From Candidatus Zhuqueibacterota bacterium (GTDB lineage Bacteria; Zhuqueibacterota; Zhuqueibacteria; Oceanimicrobiales; Oceanimicrobiaceae): a stretch of DNA of 34,860 nt. Shown piece by piece: positions 1-9,281 of the stretch. The translations under genes were made by a program, and so were the position numbers. The notes below the pieces were generated by a model that was not told the DNA's origin, did not search any database, and saw only the letters and a list, made by a program, of their open reading frames with translations. The first letter of the stretch is position 1. Every line of letters begins with the position of its first letter. The stretch lies in contig JAABYK010000262.1 in NCBI GenBank assembly GCA_011775825.1, forward strand, positions 31,523 through 66,382, written 5' to 3'.

Positions 1-2017
1 TCACCTTCTCCACAACGCCATTCACATCAGAGACAATCATTGCCCTGGAGTCCCTTGCAACCTTGGATTCCATACCGGTACCAACAAACGGGGCCTCAGT
101 ACGCAACAACGGCACAGCTTGCCGTTGCATGTTGGATCCCATAAGCGCACGGTTTGCATCATCATGCTCCAGAAAAGGGATCAACGCCGCGGCTGCGGAC
201 ACGATCTGGCTGGGCGAAACATCCATATACTGCAAGTCTTGAGGAGCACTAAGCGGGAAATCTCCTCGATACCGAGATTTAACCCGGTCTTTGAGGAACT
301 TGCCTTTGTCGTCAATGGGTGCGTTCGCTTGTGCAATCACATACTGATCTTCGTCGTCGGCGGAAAGGTAGTCAATCTTGCTGTCGACCCTGCCCTTATC
401 CACTTTGCGGTAAGGAGTTTCGATGAAGCCAAATTCGTTGATACGAGCAAATGTGGTTAATGACGAGATCAAGCCAATATTGGGACCTTCCGGGGTTTCT
501 ATTGGACAAAGACGTCCATAATGGGTATAATGAACGTCACGCACCTCAAATCCCGCTCTTTCTCTCGTCAGCCCCCCTGGGCCCAACGCGGATAGTCTAC
601 GCTTGTGTGTTAACTCAGACAGTGGATTGGTTTGATCCATAAACTGTGAAAGCTGGCTGGTACCGAAAAATGTATTAATCACAGAAAATATGGTTCTGGC
701 ATTAACCAGATCCTGCGGCGTCAAATTTTCATTATCGCGGAGATTCATTCTTTCTTTGATTGTCCGCGCCATTCGCGAAAAACCCAACGTCATTTGGGCC
801 GAAAGCTGCTCCCCAACCGTCTTAATTCTCCGGTTACCCAAGTGATCAATGTCGTCCGAAGGCCGCTTACCAATCCTTAATTCTAACACGTAATTTATGA
901 TCGCAATAATATCTTCCCGCGTCAGAATCGTTGTGTCGATGGGCATATCCAAACCCAACTTTCTGTTGACACGATAGCGCCCAACATTTCCCAAATCGTA
1001 TCGTTTCGGATTAAAAAACATGCGCTCGATAAGACCCCGAGCGGTTTCCAGATCAGGCGCATCTCCGGAGCGCAGATGCCGATAGATTGCCTCCAAAGCA
1101 TCCTCTTCTGACTTGGACGCATCCTTGCGCAGCGTGTTACTGATGACTTCCGGACCGGAAGCGCCGTCATGCTTAAGCAGTTTAAGACGATCAATATTCG
1201 ACGTGCTTATTTGCTCCAATGCCTCTTCGGTGAGTTCGGCGTCCTTTTCAAGCAGCAATTCACCGGTCTCTTTATTAATGACATCGGCAATGGATAGCCG
1301 CCCCACGAATTTCTTGATATTCGGATCGCTCACTTCAACTTCCTCAACCAAATCAAAAATATCAAGCAGATCGTTGTCGCTTGAAAAACCTAAAGCTCGC
1401 AATAAGGTTGTAACCGGGAATTTTTTTCTTCGATCGATGTAAACATACATGACATCGTTGATATCCGTTGTGAACTCAACCCAGGAACCACGCAATGGGA
1501 TGATTCTCGCCGAATAAAGCTTCGTTCCATTCGGATGGGTAAGTTCGTCGAAGAACACTCCCGGAGATCTGTGTAATTGACTCACAACAATTCTCTCAGC
1601 ACCATTTATGATAAAGGTGCCTCTGTGAGTCATATACGGAATATTCCCAAGGTAGACAACCTGTTCTATGGTGTCGACAAATTCTTTGCTGTCACTGTAC
1701 TCGTCCTTCATTGAAAGCTTGAGCTTTGCCTTTAATGGCACCGAATAGGTGACACCGCGCTCCTGGCACTCGACAACATCGTATTTGGGCTTTTCGACAT
1801 AGTACTCTACAAATTCCAAATAGAAGTTTTCTCGACTGTCAACAATGGGAAAAACATTGTTAAAAACAGACTGTAATCCCTGATTCTTCCGTTTCTCAGG
1901 CCTTATATCATCTTGGAGAAACTCCTTAAAGGATTGGAGCTGTATGTCCAGCAAGTCCGGAAAATCGATAACTTGCTTAAGCGTGGAAAAGGAAATTCGA
2001 CCATTCTGATTATACAT
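1..2017 (-). CDS. rpoB: DNA-directed RNA polymerase subunit beta, N-terminal ~672 codons (gene continues beyond window start)
   Basis: Absent from the ORF track because it has no in-window stop. My minus-strand translation from ATG 2017-2015 reads [34 protein letters not shown]...[27 protein letters not shown]. At the window edge it reads ...[48 protein letters not shown]. Both are canonical RpoB motifs. It lies directly downstream of rplL. Confidence 0.95.
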   Translation of the reverse strand, partial: MYNQNGRISFSTLKQVIDFPDLLDIQLQSFKEFLQDDIRPEKRKNQGLQSVFNNVFPIVDSRENFYLEFVEYYVEKPKYDVVECQERGVTYSVPLKAKLKLSMKDEYSDSKEFVDTIEQVVYLGNIPYMTHRGTFIINGAERIVVSQLHRSPGVFFDELTHPNGTKLYSARIIPLRGSWVEFTTDINDVMYVYIDRRKKFPVTTLLRALGFSSDNDLLDIFDLVEEVEVSDPNIKKFVGRLSIADVINKETGELLLEKDAELTEEALEQISTSNIDRLKLLKHDGASGPEVISNTLRKDASKSEEDALEAIYRHLRSGDAPDLETARGLIERMFFNPKRYDLGNVGRYRVNRKLGLDMPIDTTILTREDIIAIINYVLELRIGKRPSDDIDHLGNRRIKTVGEQLSAQMTLGFSRMARTIKERMNLRDNENLTPQDLVNARTIFSVINTFFGTSQLSQFMDQTNPLSELTHKRRLSALGPGGLTRERAGFEVRDVHYTHYGRLCPIETPEGPNIGLISSLTTFARINEFGFIETPYRKVDKGRVDSKIDYLSADDEDQYVIAQANAPIDDKGKFLKDRVKSRYRGDFPLSAPQDLQYMDVSPSQIVSAAAALIPFLEHDDANRALMGSNMQRQAVPLLRTEAPFVGTGMESKVARDSRAMIVSDVNGVVEKV

Positions 2018-2050
2018 ACGGGATAACACCTCGATGGATTATTGTTGTAA

Positions 2051-2100
2051 GTTCAACTTATTTGAGTTCAACTTATTTGAGTTCAACTTATTTGAGTTCT
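2051..2100. repeat. 15-bp tandem repeat GTTCAACTTATTTGA, 3 perfect copies plus a partial copy, spanning the rplL stop codon and the rplL-rpoB spacer
   Basis: Direct reading: copies at 2051-2065, 2066-2080 and 2081-2095, then GTTC at 2096-2099. In mRNA sense this gives GTAGAACTCAAATAA GTTGAACTCAAATAA GTTGAACTCAAATAA GTTGAACTTAC. Confidence 0.95.
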
Positions 2101-2564
2101 ACCGCAGCCCCTACCTCTTCCAACTTTTTCTTGAGATCTTCGGCCTCTTCTTTTGTGATTCCTTCTTTTATGGGCTTGGGTGCCCCATCAACCAACTCTT
2201 TGGCTTCTTTGAGGCCTAAGTCAGTCACAGAACGCACCACTTTAATCACTTGGATCTTCTTATCTCCGGCAGCCGTCAATACAACGTCGAACTCGCTCTT
2301 TTCTTCAGCCGCCCCTTCTGGAGCTGCTCCGGGCGCTGGTGCTCCACCTGGCGCAGCCGCCACCACTTGTGCTTGAGCCGAAACCCCGAAGCGTTCCTCT
2401 ATGGCCTTGACCAGATTAGAAAGCTCCAAGACGGTCATGTTCTCAATGCTCTCCAAAATGGTGTCAACTTGACCGTTGCCGTCTTTACTCTGTTTGGCCT
2501 TCGTGGTCTTCTTTTCTTTTTTCTCAGTTTTCTCAGATGCTGCAGATTTTGTCGCTTCTGCCAT
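2088..2564 (-). CDS. rplL: 50S ribosomal protein L7/L12 with an unusual ~30-aa Lys-rich N-terminal extension
   Basis: [28 protein letters not shown], then an Ala/Pro hinge, then the C-terminal domain [56 protein letters not shown]. The maximal ORF starts at 2576, but ATGGAGGTTGAAATG places a GGAGG Shine-Dalgarno 5 nt before the ATG at 2564. Confidence 0.95.
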   Translation of the reverse strand: MAEATKSAASEKTEKKEKKTTKAKQSKDGNGQVDTILESIENMTVLELSNLVKAIEERFGVSAQAQVVAAAPGGAPAPGAAPEGAAEEKSEFDVVLTAAGDKKIQVIKVVRSVTDLGLKEAKELVDGAPKPIKEGITKEEAEDLKKKLEEVGAAVELK

Positions 2565-2599
2565 TTCAACCTCCATTAATGTAGAGATATGATTAACGA

Positions 2600-3127
2600 T
2601 TAACTATTCGATTCTTCTTTTTGTTGCCTTACTGCATCAATAACGGTTGCCAAGCCGCTCAATATGCCATTTAACGAACCGGCCAGATTGGATAACGGCG
2701 CGCCCAACGCCCCTGCAAGCCTTGAAAGCAAGACCTCCTTGGTGGGAAGGTTTGCAATTTCATCAATTTGATCTGCACCAATAAGCACACCATCAAACAG
2801 CCCAGCCTTGAATTTCAAATTTTCATTTTTCTTGCTATACTCTTTGATTACACGGGCAGGCGCCGCCGGATCCTCCGTTCCAAATGCCATTGCGGTTGGC
2901 CCTTCTAAGAACTCGAGCAACCCATCACAGCCTGCTTCTTGGACGGAAAGTCGTGCTAAGGTATTTTTAACCACCTCGTACCGAACAGAGGCGGCACTGA
3001 ACGTTCTTCGCAGTTCGTCAATGTCCTGCACATTCAAACCGGTAAAATCGGTCAAAAATACACTGCTTGCTTCGTCTAATTTTTTCGAAAGCTCTTCGAC
3101 TCTTGCAATTTTCTCAGCTTTTGGCAT
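2600..3127 (-). CDS. rplJ: 50S ribosomal protein L10
   Basis: [41 protein letters not shown] is an L10-type N-terminus. Conserved position between rplA and rplL. Confidence 0.95.
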   Translation of the reverse strand: MPKAEKIARVEELSKKLDEASSVFLTDFTGLNVQDIDELRRTFSAASVRYEVVKNTLARLSVQEAGCDGLLEFLEGPTAMAFGTEDPAAPARVIKEYSKKNENLKFKAGLFDGVLIGADQIDEIANLPTKEVLLSRLAGALGAPLSNLAGSLNGILSGLATVIDAVRQQKEESNS

Positions 3128-3157
3128 AACTTTACCTTAACTCTTACAAAAGTTTTT

Positions 3158-3859
3158 CTAGCGTAATTCACTTAGAACGGCGGCCCTGTCGACGGGAATT
3201 CCTGGCCCCATCGTACTCGAGAGCGCGATCTTTCGCACGTATTGGCCTTTGGATGAAGCTGGCTTCATGCGCAGCACCGTTTCGATGAAAGCCATAATGT
3301 TCTCACGCAACTTCTGCTTCTCAAAAGATGCTTTGCCCACCAAAACGTGAAGTATCCCATACTTGTCCACACGAAATTCTATCTTGCCGGCTTTCAATTC
3401 CTTGACAGTCTGTCCAACATCCATGGTAACCGTTCCACTCTTGGGATTGGGCATCAATCCTCGTGGACCCAAAACCTTGCCCAGTTTTCCGACCTCGCCC
3501 ATGACATCCGGCGTGGCCACGACCACGTCAAAATCAAGCCAACCTTCGTTAATCTTCTTGACATACTCATCAAAGCCCACATAGTCGGCGCCGTTTTCCC
3601 GGGCTTCCTTCTCCTTGTCTCCTTTTGCCAAGACCAGCACTCGGACTTCTTTGCCGATGCCATGAGGGAGCGAAACCGTTCCGCGCACGACCTGGTCGGC
3701 ATGACGGGGGTCGACTCCCAAATTGATCGAAATCTCTATCGACTCGTCGAATTTTGCAGTGGCGGATTTCTTGATTAATTCAACGGCCTCATCTAAGGAA
3801 TAATCTTTTCCGATTTCGAGGTTGGAAAGCGATTCTTTGTAACGCGTGCTCTTTTTCAT
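3158..3859 (-). CDS. rplA: 50S ribosomal protein L1
   Basis: [27 protein letters not shown] and [15 protein letters not shown] motifs. Position follows rplK. Confidence 0.95.
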   Translation of the reverse strand: MKKSTRYKESLSNLEIGKDYSLDEAVELIKKSATAKFDESIEISINLGVDPRHADQVVRGTVSLPHGIGKEVRVLVLAKGDKEKEARENGADYVGFDEYVKKINEGWLDFDVVVATPDVMGEVGKLGKVLGPRGLMPNPKSGTVTMDVGQTVKELKAGKIEFRVDKYGILHVLVGKASFEKQKLRENIMAFIETVLRMKPASSKGQYVRKIALSSTMGPGIPVDRAAVLSELR

Positions 3860-3886
3860 GCATCGTTCCCCTTTTCTAACCAGCCA

Positions 3887-4309
3887 TTATTCAACGTCAA
3901 TTCCCATACTCCGCGCCGTGCCCTCAACAATGCGCATGGCAGCTTCGATGTCATTGGCATTCAGATCCTCTAGCTTTGTTTGAGCGATTTCCTTAACTTG
4001 CTCCTTATTTACTTTACCCACCTTGTTTCGATTGGGCTCACCGGAACCTTTTTCAAGTCCGGCAGCTTTTTTGAGCAAAACCGCCGCCGGTGGAGTTTTT
4101 GTAATAAACGTGAAGGATCGATCGCCATAAACCGTAATAATAACAGGAATAATTAAGCCTTGTTTCTCCTGCGTGCGCGCATTGAATGCCTTACAAAACT
4201 CCATGATGTTCACACCAGCCTGTCCTAAAGCCGGCCCGACGGGTGGCGACGGATTGGCCTGACCTGCTGGAATTTGCAGCTTAACAGTAGCGATAACTTT
4301 CTTGGCCAT
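3887..4309 (-). CDS. rplK: 50S ribosomal protein L11
   Basis: [50 protein letters not shown] Shine-Dalgarno upstream. Confidence 0.95.
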   Translation of the reverse strand: MAKKVIATVKLQIPAGQANPSPPVGPALGQAGVNIMEFCKAFNARTQEKQGLIIPVIITVYGDRSFTFITKTPPAAVLLKKAAGLEKGSGEPNRNKVGKVNKEQVKEIAQTKLEDLNANDIEAAMRIVEGTARSMGIDVE

Positions 4310-4333
4310 AAAAGGTCATTTCTCCTTTCAAGT

Positions 4334-4879
4334 CTATTTTTCCAGCTCCACTTGCAAGAAATCCAATTCGACTGGAGTCGATCTTCCAAAAATGCTGACC
4401 ATGACTTTGACCTTTTTCTTCTCCTTATTTATGTCCTCCACAAATCCCGTGAAATCCGAAAATGGGCCATCGATTACTTTTACGGGATCACCCAATCGAA
4501 ATGGAACATCAACAGTTTCCTGTATCCCGGTCTCTTCAACTCGCCCAAGAATCCGATCGATTTCTTCTTGACGCAATGGCTGAGGTTTATTTTTGGGACC
4601 AACAAAGTTAGTCACCCCCGGTGTGTTCAAGATCACATGCTGTGTTTCCTTGTCTAACTCAATGTGAACCAACATATAGCCAGGAAAAAAGACCTTGTTT
4701 TTCACCTTTCGCTTACCATCGCGCATTTCCGTCACTTCTTCAGAAGGAATCAAGATCTTCGGGATTCTCTCTTGTAGCCCAAGTCTATCGATCTCGCTTT
4801 CCAAATAAGACTTTACTTTCCTTTCATGACCAGATAAGACGTGAATGGCATACCATTTTTTTTTATCTGGCTCTCTCAA
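4334..4879 (-). CDS. nusG: Transcription termination/antitermination factor NusG
   Basis: KKWYAIHVLSGHERKV NGN-type start and KOW motif GDPVKVIDGPFSDFTGFVEDI. TTG start preceded by GGAG 7 nt upstream. Confidence 0.93.
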   Translation of the reverse strand: MREPDKKKWYAIHVLSGHERKVKSYLESEIDRLGLQERIPKILIPSEEVTEMRDGKRKVKNKVFFPGYMLVHIELDKETQHVILNTPGVTNFVGPKNKPQPLRQEEIDRILGRVEETGIQETVDVPFRLGDPVKVIDGPFSDFTGFVEDINKEKKKVKVMVSIFGRSTPVELDFLQVELEK

Positions 4880-4889
4880 GGTGAATCTC

Positions 4890-5078
4890 CTAGAATATCA
4901 ATTGAATAATGTTTTGTAGAATCCTGTCTGAAACAAACACATACAAAGCAAAAAATATCGAAATCACGATGACGATCACTGTTGAACTTTTCAAGTCGTC
5001 GTAAGTCGGCCAATTCACTTTCGACATCTCTTGATTAACGTCAGAAATAAATTTTACTGGTTTTTCGAGCAGCTTCAT
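4890..5078 (-). CDS. secE: Preprotein translocase subunit SecE
   Basis: Small single-TM protein (VNQEMSKVNWPT...STVIVIVISIFFALYVFV) immediately upstream of nusG. The maximal ORF starts at TTG 5093. ATG at 5078 (MKLLEKPVKF) preferred. Confidence 0.85.
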   Translation of the reverse strand: MKLLEKPVKFISDVNQEMSKVNWPTYDDLKSSTVIVIVISIFFALYVFVSDRILQNIIQLIF

Positions 5079-5107
5079 ACGAAATCCATACAAGAAAAAA
5101 AGTCTTG

Positions 5108-5180
5108 CAGGTGAGGCAGGACTTGAACCCGCAACCGCTGGTTTTGGAGACCAGTGCTCTACCAGTTGAGCTACTCACCT
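5108..5180 (-). tRNA. tRNA-Trp (anticodon CCA)
   Basis: Hand-folded cloverleaf from the reverse complement: AGGTGAG-TA-GCTC/AACTGGTA/GAGC-A-CTGGT/CTCCAAA/ACCAG-CGGTT-GCGGG/TTCAAGT/CCTGC-CTCACCT-G. 73 nt. Confidence 0.9.
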
Positions 5181-5206
5181 GTAAGTCGCTTTAACTCACT
5201 CAGTTG

Positions 5207-5356
5207 CTAACGAGTTTCTTTATGTGCTGTGTGCTTATTGCAATGAGGACAATATTTTTTAAACTCAACCCTGCCCGAATGCTTTGCTTTGTTTTTCGTA
5301 GTGGTGTAGTTTCTGTGTTTACACGCCGTGCATTCTAATGTGACTAAGTTTCTCAT
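5207..5356 (-). CDS. rpmG: 50S ribosomal protein L33 (Cys4 zinc-ribbon type)
   Basis: Not in the ORF track (49 aa). My translation is [49 protein letters not shown]-stop. This is a typical L33 sequence, in the conserved position upstream of tRNA-Trp/secE/nusG. Confidence 0.92.
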   Translation of the reverse strand: MRNLVTLECTACKHRNYTTTKNKAKHSGRVEFKKYCPHCNKHTAHKETR

Positions 5357-5392
5357 TCTAACTTTAGTTTATGTTTGCCCATATAAATTGAG

Positions 5393-5465
5393 AGCCCACG
5401 ACCGGGATTGAACCGGTGACCTCATCCTTACCAAGGATGTGCTCTACCGACTGAGCTACGTGGGC
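5393..5465 (-). tRNA. tRNA-Thr (anticodon GGT)
   Basis: Reverse complement GCCCACG-TA-GCTC/AGTCGGTA/GAGC-A-CATCC/TTGGTAA/GGATG-AGGTC-ACCGG/TTCAATC/CCGGT-CGTGGGC-T. 73 nt. Confidence 0.9.
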
Positions 5466-5484
5466 GCAATCAGACTCAAAAAAG

Positions 5485-5557
5485 AGCGGGAGACGGGGCT
5501 CGAACCCGCGACCTACAGCTTGGAAGGCTGTCACTCTACCAACTGAGTTACTCCCGC
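5485..5557 (-). tRNA. tRNA-Gly (anticodon TCC)
   Basis: Reverse complement GCGGGAG-TA-ACTC/AGTTGGTA/GAGT-G-ACAGC/CTTCCAA/GCTGT-AGGTC-GCGGG/TTCGAGC/CCCGT-CTCCCGC-T. 73 nt. Confidence 0.9.
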
Positions 5558-5604
5558 GTCTCCAATTTCGAAATCGCTTAACGCCTTCACATTCAAAGTT
5601 GCTG

Positions 5605-5686
5605 TGGAGAGGGGAGGATTCGAACCTCCGAAGGCTGAGCCGTCAGATTTACAGTCTGATCCCTTTGGCCACTCGGGAACCTCTCC
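5605..5686 (-). tRNA. tRNA-Tyr (anticodon GTA), long variable arm
   Basis: Reverse complement GGAGAGG...TCAGA/CTGTAAA/TCTGA-CGGCTCAGCCTTC-GGAGG/TTCGAAT/CCTCC-CCTCTCC-A. 82 nt. Confidence 0.9.
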
Positions 5687-5701
5687 AATAGACAAAAAAA
5701 G

Positions 5702-5774
5702 AGCCACCAGCAGGAATCGAACCCGCGACCACCTCATTACAAGTGAGGCGCTCTACCTTCTGAGCTATGGTGGC
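5702..5774 (-). tRNA. tRNA-Thr (anticodon TGT)
   Basis: Reverse complement GCCACCA-TA-GCTC/AGAAGGTA/GAGC-G-CCTCA/CTTGTAA/TGAGG-TGGTC-GCGGG/TTCGATT/CCTGC-TGGTGGC-T. 73 nt. Confidence 0.9.
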
Positions 5775-5844
5775 ATCAAAGTTAATAAAATTCAGTGTCT
5801 TACACAAAAAAGGAAACTATAGCCCAATTTAAATACAGCCTTAT

Positions 5845-5872
5845 AATATATAAATTTGAATTCAATTGTCAA
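5845..5872 (-). promoter_or_regulatory. Candidate sigma70-type promoter for the tRNA / rpmG-secE-nusG-rpl cluster
   Basis: Minus-strand reading gives TTGACA (5872-5867), a 16-nt spacer, then TATATT (5850-5845). It sits about 70 nt upstream of tRNA-Thr(TGT). By eye only. Confidence 0.45.
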
Positions 5873-5896
5873 GCTTTTTTTATCTCTTCAGAAATT

Positions 5897-7333
5897 TCAT
5901 TTGACTCTCCACGCTGTTTCTTGTCCTTTATCCTCCAATGCTATGTTATTTTTGTCTAATTCTTGTCGGATTTTATCTGCTAAATCCCATATCTTTCGAC
6001 TTCTTAATTCCTTTCGTACATCGATTAAGATTTCCATTAATCCATTCACTAACTCTGAATTGGCACCAGAGCCTTTCGATCGCAGAAAGCCAAAAAACGA
6101 ATCCACCTCCTCGATGTCTTGTTTTGCCTGTGAGAGAAGCGCCCTCTCTCCATCCATCAAGTTGTCTTTGGTCAATAAAGCGTTCAATTCCCGCACCATA
6201 TCAAAAAGACGTGAAACAGCCACAGGCGTGTTAAAGTCATCCTTCATTGCTTCGACAAGCTCAGACTTCAGTCGCCTATGGGTATTCAAAACCTGCAGTT
6301 CTTTTTCGTTCAGCGACTCTTCTTCCAACGGCGCCTCGGTCATGACCATGTCCTGCAGTTTTTGATAAAATCGGTTCAGACGATTTGCAGCACTGCCAGC
6401 GGCTTGAAGTCCCTGATCGGTCAAATCAATTGGACTGCGATAATGCTTTTGTAGAAAGAACAATCTCATAACTTCGGTAGGCACTTTTTTCAGAATCTCT
6501 CTAACGGTTTTGAAATTCCCTAGGGACTTGGCCATTTTCTCGCCCCCAATTTGCAAAAAGCCATTATGCAGCCAGTATTTGACAAACTTCTTCCCCGTGG
6601 CTCCCTCGCTTTGGGCGATTTCGTTCTCGTGATGCGGAAAAACCAGATCCACGCCACCGGCATGGATATCGAACGTTTGACCGAGATATTTCATGGACAT
6701 GGTTGAGCATTCAATGTGCCATCCGGGCCGTCCCATTCCCCAGGGGCTTTGCCAGCCGGGCTCACCTGGTTTTTGACTTTTCCATAACGTGAAGTCGAGG
6801 GGATTTTTCTTGCTTTCGTCAACAGCCACTCGGGAACCAGCCACAAGATCTTCAATCCTCTTACCGGAAAGACTGCCGTAACTGGCGAATGTGGATACAT
6901 CATAAAACACGTCGCCATTGACCTGATAAGCAAGTCCCCTATCTACCAGACTTTGAATCAGCTCGATGATGTCTTGGACGTGGTCGGTTGCCTTCGGATA
7001 AATATCGGCTCTTTCAATGCCCAGAGCCTCCGTATCTTCGAAAAATGCTTCTATAAATTTGACGGTAATCGTTTGGGTATCCGTGTTTTCTCGTTCGGCG
7101 CGCTCAATGATCCTATCATCGATGTCAGTCAAATTCATGACATAGGTAACATCGTATCCCAAATATCGTAGAAATCGGCGAACAACATCAAAAACGACAA
7201 AGGCGCGACCATTCCCGATGTGGATATAATCATACACCGTCGGCCCGCACACATAGATCTTTGCCTTGTCTTTTTCTGTGGGCACAAATTCTTCTTTTTT
7301 CTTAGTGAGGCTGTTGTAAACTTTCAATGACAT
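5897..7333 (-). CDS. cysS: Cysteine--tRNA ligase
   Basis: MSLKVYNSLTKKKEEFVP start, HIGNGRA (HIGH motif), KMAKSLGN (KMSKS motif). The maximal ORF extends to a TTG at 7372 and would overlap gltX. ATG at 7333 fits the family N-terminus best. Confidence 0.93.
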   Translation of the reverse strand: MSLKVYNSLTKKKEEFVPTEKDKAKIYVCGPTVYDYIHIGNGRAFVVFDVVRRFLRYLGYDVTYVMNLTDIDDRIIERAERENTDTQTITVKFIEAFFEDTEALGIERADIYPKATDHVQDIIELIQSLVDRGLAYQVNGDVFYDVSTFASYGSLSGKRIEDLVAGSRVAVDESKKNPLDFTLWKSQKPGEPGWQSPWGMGRPGWHIECSTMSMKYLGQTFDIHAGGVDLVFPHHENEIAQSEGATGKKFVKYWLHNGFLQIGGEKMAKSLGNFKTVREILKKVPTEVMRLFFLQKHYRSPIDLTDQGLQAAGSAANRLNRFYQKLQDMVMTEAPLEEESLNEKELQVLNTHRRLKSELVEAMKDDFNTPVAVSRLFDMVRELNALLTKDNLMDGERALLSQAKQDIEEVDSFFGFLRSKGSGANSELVNGLMEILIDVRKELRSRKIWDLADKIRQELDKNNIALEDKGQETAWRVK

Positions 7334-7364
7334 TTCTTCCATTGAGCACTCGCTATTCATTAGC

Positions 7365-8801
7365 TTAAACAAGCAAGTTTTTCACAAGCTTCTGACATGT
7401 ATCCTTGCCCAAAATCTCCGCGACCATGGCCAAATCAGGTCCATGGAGTTGGCCGGTAAGGGCCACGCGAATAGGCATCCACAAATCCTTTCCCATTACG
7501 CCTGTCTCTTTTTGCACCTGCTTCATAATCGACCGAAAGGTCTTCGCTTCAACGGTATCGTAACTCTCGAGGTATCGCAAAAATGCCCAGTATACTTTTT
7601 GTGAAGAATCCTTTGAAGACAGTGCTATGGTCTTACCGTCCGTCAGTTGCACCCTTTCCTCGTAGAATGGTTCAACCAACTCTCTGATTTGAGTCAAGGA
7701 TTCCGCCTTGTCTCGTACCAACTCGATTATCTTTTTCAACCGAGCTCTATCTGAGGTATCGATTTTCGTCTCACGCAAATAGGGTATCGTTGTATCAACC
7801 AATCTATCGAGTTCCATATTCCGAATATAATAGGCATTCATCCAATTGAATTTTGTCAAGTCGAAAATGGCCGGAGATTTGTTCATCCGTTCGAAATCAA
7901 ACTCGTTAATCAGTCTATCAACGGACAGAATTTCGTCACCGGTTTCGGAGGACCAGCTCAGCAGACTCAGGAAATTGATCAGTGCTTCCGGCAAATATCC
8001 TTTTAATTTGAACTCATGGATTGAAGTGGCACCGTGACGCTTGGAGAGCCGCGCTCGATCCGGCCCCAGGATCATTGGAATATGGCAAAAAGTAGGCGGA
8101 GTCCAGTCCAGAGATTCATAAAGCAAAATCTGCTTTGGAGTATTTGACGCGTGATCGTCGCCTCGAATCACATGGCTGATCTTCATGAGTCCGTCGTCTA
8201 CCGCCGCAGCGAAATTGTACGTCGGGGTTCCATCCGGACGCATGATAATGAAATCGCCGAAATTTTCCGTTTCAAACCTTAATTCATCCTTGACCAAATC
8301 ACACCATGAAACCTCTCCAGGCCTGACATAAAATCGCCATGACGCTTTCTGCCCTGATTGAATCAGATTTTCGCGCTCGGCCTGCGACAACTTCAAACAT
8401 TTTCGGTCATAGTCAGGATTCTCTCCACGCGCAATCGCCGCCTTTCTTTTTTTCTCAAGCTCTGCTTCTGAACAGAAACATGGATAGGCTCTTTCTTTCT
8501 TTTTGAGGAGATCGAGATTCTCTTTGTAGATTTCGAGACGCTCTGATTGACGATACGGACCCTCGTCTCCTCCTACATCGGGACCTTCGTGCCAGTCTAA
8601 TCCGAGCCATTTCAAGTCATCAAATATTGAATTTTCAGATTTAAGGCTAGAGCGTTCGACGTCCGTATCCTCAATTCGCAAAACAAATGTCCCGCCACTC
8701 TTTTGGGCAAAAATCCAGTTCAGAATCGCGGTTCGGGCGTTGCCAATATGTAAATGACCGGTCGGACTTGGTGCAAATCGTACTCTTATCTGCTCTTCCA
8801 T
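7365..8801 (-). CDS. gltX: Glutamate--tRNA ligase
   Basis: RVRFAPSPTGHLHIGNARTAILNW and RLSKRHG class I motifs. 478 aa. Confidence 0.93.
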   Translation of the reverse strand: MEEQIRVRFAPSPTGHLHIGNARTAILNWIFAQKSGGTFVLRIEDTDVERSSLKSENSIFDDLKWLGLDWHEGPDVGGDEGPYRQSERLEIYKENLDLLKKKERAYPCFCSEAELEKKRKAAIARGENPDYDRKCLKLSQAERENLIQSGQKASWRFYVRPGEVSWCDLVKDELRFETENFGDFIIMRPDGTPTYNFAAAVDDGLMKISHVIRGDDHASNTPKQILLYESLDWTPPTFCHIPMILGPDRARLSKRHGATSIHEFKLKGYLPEALINFLSLLSWSSETGDEILSVDRLINEFDFERMNKSPAIFDLTKFNWMNAYYIRNMELDRLVDTTIPYLRETKIDTSDRARLKKIIELVRDKAESLTQIRELVEPFYEERVQLTDGKTIALSSKDSSQKVYWAFLRYLESYDTVEAKTFRSIMKQVQKETGVMGKDLWMPIRVALTGQLHGPDLAMVAEILGKDTCQKLVKNLLV

Positions 8802-9281
8802 TTATATCTCATCTTCTTCAATGAGTACAGAAGCAAACACCGACACTCCTTCTCCTTGCCCAACAAAACCCATTTTTTCGGAAGTCGTCGCCTTAATCGA
8901 AACCTGTGAATCGACAAGTCCTAAAGACTCGGCAATATTTCTCTGCATTTCCTGAATATACGGCATCAATTTGGGCTGTTCCAAAATCACGGTTGAGTCG
9001 ATATTACTGATTTTAAAACCATTATCAGAGATTAAGTTCCCGATCTCTTTTAATAATAACAGGCTCGAAATTCCCGCAAAGCGCTCCTCGGAATCGGGAA
9101 AATGGCTGCCTATATCGCCAAGTGCAGCACCGCCCAGCAGTGCGTCCCCGATGGCATGACACAATGCGTCCGCATCGGAATGACCCAGGGCGCCTTTGCT
9201 GGAAGGAATGGTTACGCCGCCTAAGATCAACTTCCGTCCCTCGACCAACTGATGTACATCATAGCCGAAACCAACTCGCAT
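8802..9281 (-). CDS. ispF: 2-C-methyl-D-erythritol 2,4-cyclodiphosphate synthase
   Basis: MRVGFGYDVHQL...GHSDADALCHAIGDALLG. The start overlaps the ispD stop by 1 nt (TAATG). Confidence 0.93.
   Translation of the reverse strand: MRVGFGYDVHQLVEGRKLILGGVTIPSSKGALGHSDADALCHAIGDALLGGAALGDIGSHFPDSEERFAGISSLLLLKEIGNLISDNGFKISNIDSTVILEQPKLMPYIQEMQRNIAESLGLVDSQVSIKATTSEKMGFVGQGEGVSVFASVLIEEDEI

Noticed and set aside
119-1442. Track ORFs 119..460, 451..642, 922..1194(-) and 1113..1442
   Set aside because: All lie inside the open minus-strand rpoB reading frame, which carries unmistakable RpoB motifs. They are shadow ORFs.
2051-2100. Whether the 15-bp repeats are a mini CRISPR array
   Set aside because: The copies are contiguous with no spacers, the unit is far too short, and no cas genes are present.
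2034-2579. Plus-strand ORFs 2034..2219 ([16 protein letters not shown]...), 2062..2376 and 2250..2579
   Set aside because: They are antisense or out of frame to a clear rplL gene. The repetitive peptide is just the 15-bp tandem repeat translated.
5531-5822. ORFs 5531..5737(-) and 5604..5822(+)
   Set aside because: They are composed of tRNA-Gly/Tyr/Thr sequence. The cloverleaf folds explain the region.
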